This document shows, in pieces, positions 12,865 to 27,024 of a stretch of DNA of 64,000 nucleotides. This stretch comes from Octopus vulgaris (taxonomy: Eukaryota), in the NCBI GenBank assembly GCA_951406725.2, contig OX597818.1:44888001-44952000 (forward strand). The letters run 5' to 3'. Below the pieces are notes generated by a model. The model did not search any database. It saw nothing but the letters and a program-made list of their open reading frames with translations, and was not told where the DNA came from. A program made the position numbers and the translations under genes. The first letter of the stretch is position 1. Each line of letters opens with the position of its first letter.

Positions 12865-14257
12865 GTTTAAGATAATAAGACTAAAATTCTGAGGACAATA
12901 CCCCTGATTATTATTATTTCTAGTTCTAATTCCTTATATCAACAAGTTTAGTGATTCAATAATCACTGAATAGTGAATATTGATTCACTAAGTAACTATA
13001 TTTACCTACATATGTAACTATATACATCCTAGCAAATTTATTGGTGTAAGGAATTAGACTTAGAACCATTAGTTTATGCTTCATGAGTAAAGTTAGAGAA
13101 AACCTTAAACATGTCCACAATCATCCCTTGTATTTTAGTTAAAATTATATTATGTTTGGCTAATATCAGCATTTTCCTCTCTGCATATTATTTCTAGTTA
13201 GCTTTTTGACGGTTTCTGCATTAAACATGGGAACACTAATCTTGCTAACAGCTTGAAAATTGCCTTGTAATGATGAATAATGTTATTTAATGGTAATTTT
13301 TTTCCTGTTAATGCAAAATTCTTGGTTTAAAATTTGATTTGTATTAATCTCTATTTTACACATTTCTTGAGATTTCAATGAATCAAAATTTATCAAAATC
13401 TTGGAGTTACTTCAAAAAAAAAAAAAACAGAAAAAAAAGAAAAAAAGAAAAGAAATCAATAAAATCAAGAAATCCTTTAAAACTACAAAAATTGCAAAAA
13501 ACAGCATAATCCAAGAAATGAAAATGTTAGTAATAAATTAACTTAATTTAAGTATTTCTCATGGGTAGTCATAATTTGTGATTATGGTGATCACTGTTAT
13601 GTGTATACATTGAAATAATCAGTAGTCTTCACAAAATTATTCTTTAAAATATGAATAATCATAAACACAAAACAGAAAAGTACAAACAAGGCAGCTTCTA
13701 CATGTTCACTTGGACTGCTAGAGATAGCAGTCAAATCTCAACTACTATCATCATACCCACTATCTTAATAAAGGCAGGATTCATTGGACAATGTAGTCCT
13801 ATATTTAAAAAAAAAAAAGGATGGATGTGGCTGGAATCTCTTATGCTCAATGTTTGCTCAACCAGGGCTTACATTGAACGACATAACAATTGAAAGGTAA
13901 TTCATTCATTTCGTTTTTACGCTAGTTTTTCCATGCTTGCATGGGTCAGATGAATATCCAATTATGACATTGTGTTATTGTCAGAAGCCCCTCCAGTTAC
14001 TAACCTGCACCTGTTTTTCAAATAAGAGATCTCTTATTCCAAATGGCTCTGAAAGTATGAAGCAGGCAGATGATTACTTTATAAAAGAACTCATAACAAC
14101 CATACTGCCTGTATATCACAACTTTCATAGAAGCAAAATGTAAACAAACACACAGATACATGCATAAATGTATGTATGTGTGTGTGTGTGTGATAATGAA
14201 TCTGTGTTGCAAGACTCCTGATGTGAAATTGTGTGTTGAAAGAGATATGAGGAGGAG

Positions 14258-14590
14258 GAGACCCCTTCGGTCATGAATAACCATGGGATTGCACCTAGAA
14301 AGTTACCCTCCAAGGCACAAGTCTGGGCAAGGTTGCTTGTGGAAGGCCAGCAGTCATGCATGCATACCAGACTCCCCTCTCCAGGCCACCAGTGTTATCC
14401 AAGAGAAAGGCAAAAGCCATTACAGCTTGGCATCAGTGATGTCGTAACTCATTCCTACAGCTGAGTGAACTGGAGCAACGTGAAATAAAGTGTCTTGCTC
14501 AAGAACACAACACACAGCCTAGTCCGGGAATGAAACTCAGAACCTCATGATCGAAGCTTGACACTCTAACCACTGAGCCATGCGCCTTCC
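14258..14590 (-). mobile_element. tRNA-SINE family E
   Basis: Head gaaggcgcatggctcagtggttagag, core ttgagcaagacactttatttcacgttgctccag. Homologous to 16317-16655. Confidence 0.8.
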
Positions 14591-14597
14591 CTGAAAC

Positions 14598-14683
<86 letters not shown>

Positions 14684-15171
14684 AACAATGGTTAGAAGTA
14701 TATTGAGTGAAGTCTAGTAATCAGTTCATCTAGCAAGTGGGCCCCCATCTCGGTGAGTTATGACCGTACACAATAATGCTGTCGAGAAGAAGGGTCTGAA
14801 ATGGTGTGCACTCTCTCCTAATGACCCAACAAACCTGCTAGTGTCCAGTATGCTGAGCTGTCAACTGGTAGCACTAGCACTTGTATTTGCAAGTTGTTTG
14901 GAAATGAAATATGTATACGGGTGTGTGTGTGCATGTATGTGTATATATATATATGTAATCCATATATGTATATGTGTGTATATATACATATCCTTGACTC
15001 CCAAACAGAAGATAAACTGTTTTTACTTCAAATTTTTATAAATTTTTACTGATAAGATGAGATACATTGAAGCTGATAATATTTTCTTTATATAATTTTT
15101 AAAATCATTTTTATTAAATTCCCTCTTGAACTGAAATGCCTTAGACTTACTTTCTTTGCTATTTCCACCTC

Positions 15172-15202
<31 letters not shown>

Positions 15203-15260
15203 ATATGTATGTATGTATGTATGTATAGGTATGTATAGCATTTGAGAAATCTATCTGAGT

Positions 15261-15330
15261 GGGGAGTTACGTTGATAAGGATATGAATTTATAATTCTAA
15301 TCCAGAAACGCGTCCGTAAATAACCCTAGA
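15261..15330 (+). ncRNA. Degenerate minimal type I hammerhead ribozyme motif (Penelope-like relic)
   Basis: ttacg-TTGATAA-ggat..atcc-a-GAAA-cgcGTC-cgtaa. Stems I and II pair; the CUGANGA box has two substitutions. Confidence 0.5.
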
Positions 15331-15496
15331 CTTTACTTTCATTATTTTTCTTCTGTTTTACATATGTGAAATACATGGATATGTTATATGTGGAGTCTTA
15401 TTTGTAGAAAGTAGAAATAAACAGTCTTTGACTGCTATTTCTGATTTTTTCGCTATGTGGCTAAGCAACCTGTTGCCTGCCCCCTTTTATTTATAT

Positions 15497-15543
<47 letters not shown>

Positions 15544-16316
15544 CACACACATACATACATGTATGTATGAATGTATGTATGTATGTATGTATATGTATGT
15601 TTTGCTATGGCCTTGTTCATGTTTACCAATATAACTTAATGTTGTGTCTCTTAATGTCAAATTTGATTAATAGGATTCAACATGATTGATTAAACTCTTG
15701 AAGGTGTGACTCCAGCTTGACCAGTGTCTAATGGCTGAATGCAATAAACGAGCAAGTAAATAGATGGATAATATCTGACAAGGTAAAAGCTCCTGAATAC
15801 GTTAATGGTATGAAAACAAAATACAGTTTGCAATAGAAACGTCACACACATGAGTGCTCACACACACATATGTATTCACACATGCTTATCATAATGAAAT
15901 TAAGCAGATGCATGTAGACAGCCACAGAGTTGAGCAAATTCACTTATGTACATCTCTAGTAGTGCATGCGTATTTGTGTTTGTTAGTGTTTATTTGATGT
16001 TATTCATTTGAGCATGCTTCTAACAAGGTAGCTTGAAATGTTTAGTTGACAGATCGTTGACGTCTCTCAACTAAACAAAATATTTTTATCATACTTGAGC
16101 AGATAATAATACCATCTTAAATGAAGTCAAAGGAAAACCCTACAAGAGATTAACAAATGTTATTTCAGAAATTGTACTTAAATAACAACATCAGTAATAA
16201 TAAAGCCTTCGTTTAACACTTGAGCCATCTTAAAACTGCATTACAATGCTTACAATGTTTTTGACATATAGTCTCAGAATGAGTAACATAAGGAAAATTG
16301 ATATAAACATCTATCT

Positions 16317-16655
16317 GAGACCCTGCTTCGGTCACAACACTGACCATGGGATTGCACCTAGAAAGTTATCCTCCTATGTGCAAGTCTAGGCAAGGTTGTT
16401 TATGGAAGACCAGTAGTCGCCCATGCATACTGGCCTTCCCTCTCCACGCCACCAGTGTTATGCAAGGTAAAGGCAAAGGCCGATACAGCTTGGCACCTGT
16501 GATGTCGCAACTCATTTCTACAGCTGAGTGAACTGGAGCAACGTGAAATAAAGTGTCTTGCTCAAGAACACAACACGCAGCCCAGTCTGGGATATGAACT
16601 CACAACCTCACGATCGTTAGCTCGACGCCCTAACCATTGAGCCATGCGCCTTCAC
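16317..16655 (-). mobile_element. tRNA-SINE family E
   Basis: Second near-complete copy. Confidence 0.8.
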
Positions 16656-16788
16656 AAATATCTATCTACTCATAAGATTAGACATAAGATTAGAACTGTG
16701 ATACTAGCCTTATAAATAAATGCAGATAAGAGATTAGATGGCTCATGGAAGGATCATCTATGTTTAGTAATCTAGAAGTATAGCTGGT

Positions 16789-17046
16789 AGAGGTTTATTG
16801 CTGCAAAATGGCTTTGTATGTCGTTAATGTAAGAGGTGTATTGCCTCCTTAATGTGTTTTCATGTAAGAGGTTTGTTGCCTCAAAATGTTTCATAAAAGA
16901 ACAATGTGCTCGGATAAACAGCAATCATCGGGCATTGTTGTTGCCCTCATTATTATCATATTGTTAATCATTCCATCTCATTATGTTCGTGTCCAGCCTG
17001 CAGCTTCCTCTCTTTGTAAGGCCCTTGTGGCCAACTAAATGAATAA
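16789..17046 (+). mobile_element. 5'-truncated retroposon insertion with a perfect 16-bp TSD
   Basis: tagaagtatagctggt at 16773-16788 and 17047-17062. Tail gcccttgtggccaactaaatgaat. Confidence 0.7.
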
Positions 17047-17620
17047 TAGAAGTATAGCTGGTGAGACTAATTACTATATGATTTAATTAATTAAATTATA
17101 TTGTCCTTATATTAAAATATTCAACACAAGAGAAGAATGATGACTTCTGAAAATAAGTTATTGATGTTTAAATCTCATCATTGTCAATAACAAAACTGAA
17201 CATGTCCCTCTTTATGAATTTCAATTATGAAATAAGTCAGTTATATTATCTCACAGGTTTTAGACATTAGTTAACAGTTTCATACTCATATTATCATCAA
17301 ATCTAAATACAGGTTGCATTCAGATTCAGAACAGATGACTGTTGGGTGAGGTTAAATATAAAATGCATTTAAAAACTGATGATAATGTAAATGAAAGCAA
17401 AGGTTGCAAGCATAAACAGTAAGGACAAATAAAAATTAGGTTAGTCAAATATAAACGCTGAAGATATTTTTAGTGTTGAAGGCTCTTAGGTCTTGTACAT
17501 GAGATTGAAAGAAACATGTACAACTGAAGTGGGGTATATTAATTATGGTTAATTGGGTGGTCAAAGGTTTCACACACAAACCAACAAAGAAATGAAAATG
17601 ATGTGACAAATGTCACTCAC

Positions 17621-17683
17621 CTCACTTTGCGGTGTGATGAACTCTCACTTTCAGCATCAGTTGATACTTCTCGTGAGAAGCTT
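17621..17683 (-). CDS. Small symmetric exon (63 nt, phase 2-2); (R)SFSREVSTDAESESSSHRKV
   Basis: Acceptor tattcttacag and strong donor GAG|gtgagt. Open phase-2 frame. Confidence 0.78.
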
Positions 17684-19386
17684 CTGTAAGAATATTAGCA
17701 TACAATTCAGATTTTCATACATAACAGATGAAGTAAACTGGTCACGCTCGTTCACCCGTGTATAGCTTTCCAAATTAACTACCATGAATTGCTAAGCAAC
17801 CACAATAATAATAATATTTGATATGTTACACCTTTTATTCTTATTTATCATGAATTGCAATAATGGTAAAAAGTGGATTTCATGGAAATTTTCCAAAACT
17901 ATTGCATCTATAATTGTGAAGCTCTGCACTAAAATTCATTTGCACCTTACATCTTAAATAATTTGTCAACCAATACACTTTTCCTTTCTTTAATTATTCT
18001 TCAGAATTGTAATCAAATTAATATATATCTAAACAGCGCAGCAATTTTCTCAATTATTTTTTTTTTTCACAGTTCATAGATATTAATTGTAAGTCTTCTA
18101 TTCTCTTTTCCTACAATCACCATATTTTAGCACATTGAACAAAATGCTTAACACCATTTTATTCAAGCTTTTTATGGAGTTCAAATCCATCTGGGGGTCA
18201 ACTTTTCCTTTCCTCATTGGGAGATTGAGGAAATAGGTACCAATCAAGTACTTGAACCAATATCATCAACTAACCCCTTCCTTCTGAAACTACTGGCCTG
18301 GTGCCAAAATTTGAAATAATTAAGTCTATCTTACAAAAGATGCATTTTCTTTCAAGCTTCTTTCTTTTATCACACAGAAAACTTCGAATAAAGCTCAACA
18401 GACGGTCACTGTTTAAGGCATTATCCTTAATTTCATGTAATACCTGTATTCTTTACTAAAATTAACCAAACTGTTCACTCCAAGAATTAAAAAAAATTAC
18501 CAAATTGTAGACATCTTAATCAACTGTCTCACATTTGCCATTCTGAATCAACAAATAAAAAAATAAAAGCTTACATATGACAATAAAAACATTCCTAATA
18601 TTTAACAATCCAAGACTTTGATCCAAGACCAACAAATACCATAAATAATCTGAATATTCTAAACATCTGACAAAACATTGAAATAAGTTCTGTCTTTCTT
18701 TTCTTTTTTTATTTATTAGAGATGTTATTAGAGATTAACTTAAGATTTATTGGTTTGTTTTTCATTTCCCATCAACATTATTTTCATTTTCATCTGGTGA
18801 CATGTTGGGTAGATAGATCAACAAATTTATGCATATGCATTGAGTAATGTCTCAAAATATTGAAACTCTCATAATGAATTAATTTCTAAATATCTGTTTA
18901 CTTTTTTTAAACATTTCAGTTTTATGTCTCCTCTCACTTGTCTAAACTCAAATTGACCCTGGAATAATGTGAACTGGAAAGACAAATTTTCAGTAAATGA
19001 TCATATTGTATTTCTATTTGGTTAAATATCCACTTAAGTCTTCGTACTTTCTTACTCCAGATATGTACTTTTCCATCTGTAGTTCACTACTCTTAAGGCA
19101 TTGCGTATCTCCATATATCAGGAGAATATAAAGCTGTGGTAGGATACTTTTTTAACATTTCAACTACTGAAACAAGTATTTATTTTTTATATATATTTTA
19201 GTCAGGAGGGAAAACAGTGCTCATAACTTTTTACAGTCTTGGGTCTTGAAGACTGGTGGGAATGGGGAGGAAAGTATTGTAAACCTTGCAACAGAGACTT
19301 ACAACAGAGTAGGCTCTGCTAAAGTCACCTGAAATACCATGTGGCGGTTTTAAACCAAGTGAAAGTTAAGATTCAGTTATTTTCAT

Positions 19387-19777
19387 AGGTGCAGGAGTGG
19401 CTGTGTGGTAAGTAGCTTGCTTACCAACCACATGGTTCCAGGTTCATTCCTACAGTGTGGCACCTTGGGCAAATGTCTTCTGCTATAGCCTCGGGCTGAT
19501 CAAAGCCTTGTGAGTGGATTTGGTAGACTGAAACTGAAAGAAGCCCGTCGTATATATGTATGTGTGTGTATATGTTGTGTATCTGTGTTTGTCCCACCAA
19601 CATCGCTTGACAACCAACTGTGGTGTGTTTACATCCCTGTAACTTAGCGGTTTGGCAAAAAAGACTGATAGAATAAGTACTAGGCTTCCAAAGAATAAGT
19701 CCTGGGGTCGATTTGCTCGACCAAAAGGCGGTGCTCCAGTATGGCCACAGTCAAATGACTGAAACGATTAAAAGAGT
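19387..19777 (+). mobile_element. tRNA-SINE family A
   Basis: Full-length copy. Confidence 0.85.
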
Positions 19778-20645
19778 ATGTGTTAACTTGAATTAGTTGT
19801 CTGTGAATAAATAGTTAGCACACCAAACTGAATAAATATTTATGCTGTCATAAAATTATGAAAATATCACACCTTTTTAGTGTTTGTATAATGAACACTT
19901 AATGTTGAAATGTGATTTTCATGCAAAGTGTTTTAGTCGGACTGTTTGAAGTAATGAAACAGAATAAGTTTCTGAATTCAAGGTTATTTCATGCTTCAAT
20001 GAATTTATTGAAAATTACAAATATTTGTTATACACATATATTAACAAAGATAGAAATACTCTATTTATGGAGTTGATATATTATACACCATAGGGGTTTA
20101 TCATCTTTTTAATTGAATAAAATAATGTTTCAAATTTGTGATGCCATTATGATTTTAACTATTAAATTCACAAATTCATCCACTTTTATTTGGTCAGAAA
20201 TTCAACAGTTCTGATGAGGGGCAATTATTTATTGTAATTATTCTTCCGCTTTGAATACACAAATTTCAACTAGCTTCCCTTTTAACATATATACATCATA
20301 GCTGATAACATGAAAAGATTTAATTCATCTCATTCAAATACATAAAGCAATGTTTATTATTGAATTTGAATATCCATCATGTGAGCTTATTTAAGAAAAT
20401 AAATCCTAAATATTGCAATATGTTTATAAATTAAAAATAAAGATCTATAATTGTAAAAATTTACAAATGTTTTCTTTATAATCAAATCATGAAGATATTC
20501 TCAAGACCACAAAGATAATGTCCACAGCCTCTTCTCTGTTAAGAATCTATACTATCCTTTTCTGTTCAGTCAGTCATCACCTACTTTCTCTCCAACACGT
20601 ATTTATCATCTACAACTGTTCAACCTTTGTTTTTCACTTATATTT

Positions 20646-21215
20646 ACGGATGGATGAGGAGAGATGTGTGAAGAAGTGCCACTCCCAAACTGTTGAAGGA
20701 ATCTGGGGTAGAGGTAGACCCAGGAAGACGTAGGATGAGGTGGTCAAGCATGACCTTCGAACGTTGGGATTCACAGAGGCTATGACGAAAGTCCGAGACC
20801 TCTGGAGATATGCTGTGACTGTGAAGACCCAACAAATGAAGTGAGTTCATGGCTCACATGATGGCCTGCTTTGCTAACCTTGGATCGTAGGGTGACCCGT
20901 TGTGCTTGAGGAGACCTATTAAGTCAAGTACATCAGCATCAAAATAAAAATAAAATGGAAATTGTAGTTGTGATACCCATGCCGGTGGCATGTTAAAAGC
21001 ACCATCCGACCATGGCCATTTGACTGCTACCTCTGGCCCCTGTGCCGGTGGCATGTAAAAAAACACCCACTACACTCACGGAGTGATTGGCATTAGGAAG
21101 GGCATTCAGCTGTAGAAACACTGCCAGATCAGACTGGAGCCTCACGCAGCCTCCTGGCTTCCCAGACCCTGGTTGAACAGTCCAACCCATGCTAGCATGG
21201 AAAACGGACATTAAA
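20646..21215 (+). mobile_element. RTE-type LINE 3' end (ORF C-terminus plus 3' UTR)
   Basis: RMDEERCVKKCHSQTVEGIWGRGRPRKT*DEVVKHDLRTLG...DLWRYAV, followed by the conserved tail. Confidence 0.85.
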
Positions 21216-21809
21216 CTTCTCGTACTTTGAGGGTCCACTATAACTCCTCTTCACTATTTTATCTCTCCTCCTAGCTCGACCTTGGTTACATCCACTGACT
21301 CTTTTATTATGTGAACAGACATGTAGCTCCTCAATAACAGGAAATTGGTACCTTCTTTCATATTTCAACCACTCATCTTTTAGCATAAAACCACTACTTT
21401 CTTTACTGTAGCAGCAGTCTGTTGAAAGTTACATGGTAACCTCCTTGCAAGTTGCATGGTAACCTCCTTAGAGTGGTGGCATGGAAAAACAAAAAGATCA
21501 TGTAGACTCTGTAAAGTGGTTGGCATGTTAAAACATAGCATGTTAAAACAGACATGTGAACATGATGCAGTCCTATCAATGATGCAGATTCTGTCCTATC
21601 ATGATGCAGTCATGTCCTATTATGATGTAGTCCTATCATGATGCAGATTCTATCAAACCAGCTATAAATGGTTTGATAGAATCTGGTTCGTTAGAAGAGC
21701 GTAGGCTCGAAACGTAAAAGACTTTTTCTATTCCTGAGCGTTATACTAATACATCTGTTTGTTTTGTACACCACCTGTCTTCGCCTTTTGTTTTTTTCCG
21801 TAAACTCAA

Positions 21810-21855
<46 letters not shown>

Positions 21856-22581
21856 GTTTATGATTATAAAAGGCTTATTCACTTCTAATAATTATATACA
21901 ATATTTTCAAAATTTGTTTTCAATGTCAATGATAGGTAGAATATCATAAAATTTTGTTGGTTCTGAGTGAACATACTAAAATCAGTGTGGATAAGGAAGG
22001 AAAATTTGAGAAAAATTGATAAACTGAATAAAATTAGGTGAACAAAATGTTAATCAAAGATAGCTCTTAAGAAATTCATACACTATTTTCATTACACTGC
22101 AATAATTTATATGAGTTAAAGTTTCCGAGAACCAACGCAAAAAGAAGACTTCATGTGATGTCAGACAAACTTCTAAAAATAGTATGATCAGTTCTTATAT
22201 TTCTGTCTGGTGACATTTACAATAATCTTCACTAAATATCATGGATTTCAGTATTTGTTGTGTAAGAGAATTTTATTAATTGAACTACCAGTCATTAGTA
22301 ATTTAGAATTAAAAAGTAACACGGTTTAATTGAACAAATGTATTTTTACGCAAAGTTAATTATATTGGTTGAAGCTTTTGTTAGTTTGTCAGCTTTCCTT
22401 GATCGATATAACATTAAATTTTAAATATTTTGCATTTTTTCTGTTAATCTTTGTTTATTGCCTGTTAGAAATTATGCCAACGTATTTAAAATTAGTATAT
22501 TATTTTGGTGCACATGTTGTCAGTTGATTAGCTGGTTTAATATACCATTATGTAGTAGACAAATAACTGATAATCACAAAC

Positions 22582-22647
22582 CTGAATTTTTTAAAAGAAG
22601 AGCTGATACTTGTACGTCTTTCCAGCGATTGCTTGCTGGAATAATTT
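22582..22647 (-). CDS. Small symmetric exon (66 nt, phase 2-2); (R)NYSSKQSLERRTSISSSFKKF
   Basis: Acceptor ctgttttgcag and donor CAG|gtttgt. Open phase-2 frame. Confidence 0.72.
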
Positions 22648-25633
22648 CTGCAAAACAGTGACTATATGAGTTATAAACCTGGTTGAGGATAAATTCCTTA
22701 AAAATGCTAACTATATTTAATCGATAAAGAATTTTATGAAAGATTAATTGTAATTAACCTAATTTTTAAATTAAAGTGAGATCATAAAATACTTAAAGAA
22801 GAGAAAACTTAGAATAATTTAAAATTTATGCACTATTGTATATTTTTTATGTGTTTCTTTGATTCAATGGAAAAAACCATTATGTTAATAGTTCATCAGA
22901 ACAGTTAATGTTCTAAAGAGAATTTTAAATTTTTATTTTAATTGCTCTATCAGATTTCCATGCAAAATGTTTTGCACTGGAATATATTTATAAACATGGG
23001 AATTAATATGTATTTTAAAAGCTTTATAGAAGAAAATATGTTTAGTTATTGAGAGGAAAATAAATGGAATAATAAGGAAAACTAAGTGATTCTGAAAAAG
23101 TTTATTTCGTTTACCTAGAGGTTAAAAGGTATTTTTATTTCTATATGAAAATTTATAAGAAAAATTATGACAGCTTTTGCAGAATATTAAATCTGAATTT
23201 TTATTTGTACAGCTAATAAATGCTAATAATATATGTTGTTAAGTAATTATTGAAGCAAAGTCACTTGAAATTGTTGAGTTTATAAGAATTAACTAGATTA
23301 TATAAATTTCAGTTCAATCTGAAAAACATTTACAGAAACATTTTACATTGATCTAAACATACTGAAATGAACATTTATTTGACTTTTACAAATTCTATTT
23401 CTTTACTTTATCACTTGGCTTCATTTCATTGCAATAAAAGAGATTTGTACTGTAACATTTTGATAAACTTTAAAGTAAGGAAGAAAATGAAGAGCCAATT
23501 AGAAGGTTTGATGACCTATTAGCACTACAGCTAAATCTGTCAAATAAATTACTTAAGAAATTGCAAATTCCTAACCATAATACCAAGGAGAACATCTTCA
23601 ACAAACAAGTATTTTAAGATACATCAGCGAGTAATCACCCAGAGAAAGTTAATAGAAAAAGAATGAGTAATGAAACTTAGCATATAAGACTTAAAGGAAA
23701 GATGTAGAATACGTGTCAAGAATATAATTAATTAGCTGTTCGAAAGGTCATGATATAATTGTACTATGTTGAAGTGTTGTCAAAGTTACTTTCATTTTCA
23801 TTTGTCTAAAACCAATAAAATACAAACTGTTAATTACAGAGGTAAATCATTGTAAATACTGAGTTGAAAATATTTGTGCCATAGACTATCTGAAACAACA
23901 TAAAAAGAAAACCATTCCAAGTACTTCTAGACCTTGATGAATATGGACAAAGAGGAGGGGAGATAGGATAATAGTGGGTGGGGAGCAATGGGGATAATTT
24001 CAATAATTATTTTATTACTTGGTTTACTATGCAATTTGGTGACTGTCTCACAAGACTATTGTGTTCAGCTAGTTGTTGCAGATCCTATTTAGCTATTATT
24101 TACATTACTAACTGGTATAACCTTCTCATAGCAGAACGTATAACTTAATTTTTAAATAGTTGAGTAGTTAATTTATAAATCTATTGATCTATATTTTTAT
24201 TACCAGATATGTGTCTAGTCTATGACTTTACATATAAATGTTATACTAATAATCCATAAAAATCATTTATGAAGATATTCAATAGTAAAATTCTAGCTAT
24301 TATGTGAAGTTAACACACAGACATTACTTCCTACACAAATGAGAATATCTTAAAGTTTTTTTGTTTTTTTTTGTAAGACATCTTGTTTTAGCAGTTTCAT
24401 TTTCTATACTTTTCTTTTTCTTGTATATAATTTTACATGTTTTCAAATGCTCCATTATTTTCTTACTAGAAGCTCTAGAAAAATCCATTATTGATAATAC
24501 TAGAAGACATTTGGAAACCTGCATGGTGTAATGGTAATGTATTACTGCAGTACATTTGATCAGCTTAAGATATAAGGATCCATAATTTCTAAAGACAAAT
24601 CTCGATGAGCAGAGGTTCTATGAAAAACATCTAAGAGGTTATAATCACTACTTCAATGTCAGGTTAGATATTAGTAGATGTTTGAAATTAGAGAAGACTT
24701 TGAAAGTGATACACACCGCTGAGGACTCTCAATGGTTGTCCTTGAAGAGACACTGGAATTATAAGAAATGCCTTGTCAAAGAGATAAAAGAAGCACAATA
24801 TTGCTTTAGAATTTTTTCTAACTTTAACCAACATAATAAAATCAGATTTCTATTTCAGTTTCATAAAGATTGCCTGAAACTAGTTATTGATTTGATTTAT
24901 GAGGAAAAAATTTTATTAATATTTGTAATGACAATAACAAGAGTTTATGTATGTCAAGATGAGACAAATTTATTATTCACAACCCCACCTCCAAATGCCA
25001 TTGTGACTTTAGATAGCATTTTCAAAGAATACATAGCATTTAAAAAAAAACACAGCATTGTTATTATTGTTATCTACTTCTAACTAAGAAAAGGTTAAAT
25101 TCAAACTGTTAGATATTGTAAAACATTATCTACTAATTGAATACATTTTAAACTGTGAAGTATTATGGAATACCAGTCAACATTATGAGAAACAACAGAC
25201 TTGTAAACACTAGAGCTTTAATTAAATATTATTTACAAATTAAACTTTTTCATTAGTATTAGTAAGACTTAGTGAAAACATGCTTCACTAATACAATTTC
25301 CTAATGACAGCCACTTTGCAGATTGAACTGGATGCCTTTGTTTTGTGGCACTAGTACTAGTAAGATCACCTTCTCACTTTCAAAACTAAAGGGCCAGAGG
25401 TGGTCTCTATAACTAATGAGGAAAAAATTGAAAATGCAATTAAATATTTAGAAATTTGATTAGTTTCAAAAACATTAGTTTCCTAATGTTTTTGAAATTT
25501 TAGTAATATTTAGCAATTTATATGCCTTTATATATGACATGATACATATATTGAGAAGCAGATATTTATTACTAGTGCAGCCTATTAGTACATTGCTGCA
25601 CCATTGAAAATTTAATCTTCTTGTAATGATTAA

Positions 25634-25853
25634 CCCTTCTGTTACCATATATATTTAGAGATGCTCTGTATTTCTTTCAATTACTTTAAATATAACAAAG
25701 AATTTAGTAAAATAACTTAATTATCATTCAGCTAGTGTCAGGAACATAAATTGTGACTAAGGTTTGGTGGAAGATTTTAATTCAAAACTTATGAAAACAA
25801 GACATTTGTACTCCGAGCCAGAGTCGGTTTCAGCCAGGTTGGTAACAAAAGGG
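25634..25853. mobile_element. piggyBac-type MITE
   Basis: TTAA|cccttctgttacc ... ggtaacaaaaggg|TTAA. Inverted homolog at 50692-50899. Confidence 0.8.
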
Positions 25854-27024
25854 TTAAAGAGAATACACAGGAACCTTTTGTGACTGTATTTCCAATAAAT
25901 ATATTGCATTTATGTTTTAGTAAATTTTGAAAATTATTAAGAATTTCAAGTGATTTTGTAAAATAACTAAATTTGTCATTCTAAAGTATATTTAATATAA
26001 AATTCATATGGAAGGCTTTAATTTAGATATAAATGAAAAGCTTTATACATCAGAACTAGTGGCAGTTTTGAGCATATTGAAATTAAGAAAGTGATTTTCA
26101 TGGAAAATTTGAGCTTTGCATTCCAAAGTCACGAAATATTCCTTGATTATTCTCAATGATATCTATCTAATTCAAATGAACTGAAACATTTGTAGTTAAA
26201 GGATTTAGTTATGGCTACAGTACAGCACCAGGATATGAACTACCAACCCTTCAGCCAGTAAGCCAGCACTCAAGTGCTTCAGCTAGGTATGTGAGTTATG
26301 CTTAGTTTAAATAATTAGATGATGATCTTTAAGCTCATTCAATATTTCATTATAAATATATACAAATTCAATTAGTTTGAGTTCATTTTCTTCAAAGTTC
26401 AAAAATGTAATATAATTAATGGATTGCTAATGGAAAATATTGTTCTTGTTTAAAATAAGTTTCAGTAGTCATTTCCAGTGTAATTTCTGCATTATTGTAT
26501 TCATATACATGCAAACATGCAATTTTAAAAACATAGCCAAATGGCGAATAATATATGAATCAGAATAAGTCCAATTTATAAATTGAAATTCTTTTACTAT
26601 AATTAGTCGATCTTTACAAGGAATAAACAAACAAGGGGAAGTAAAATTATGAGGAAAACATGAATTAAATTTTAAAGAAGCCATGAAGGAAAAAAAAACT
26701 GATCAAATCTCACGTGATACATGAAGGTAGGAATATTGTTAAATAATATATCAGAAGTGTTATTGATAAGTTAATTCAAGCTTCCAAAAATAATTTTCAT
26801 AATAAATTACAGTCAGTCAAATCAATAAGTTTGATGTTGTTCTTTCAAAGAGTTATGTTCTATTACCTCCTAGTAAATATCTTTTTTCCCTTATTAATTC
26901 AATCTATTATGGTTCAATTCTATATTGGCACCAAAACTATTCTAAAATCTACAAAAATTTTTTCTTACTTGCTGTCAACTAAAAAGATACTTAAAAGAAT
27001 ATCTTCAGTAAAATATACAACACA

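Noticed and set aside
20211-20250. ctgatga followed by a hairpin, hammerhead-like
   Set aside because: No GAAA box or closing stem I.
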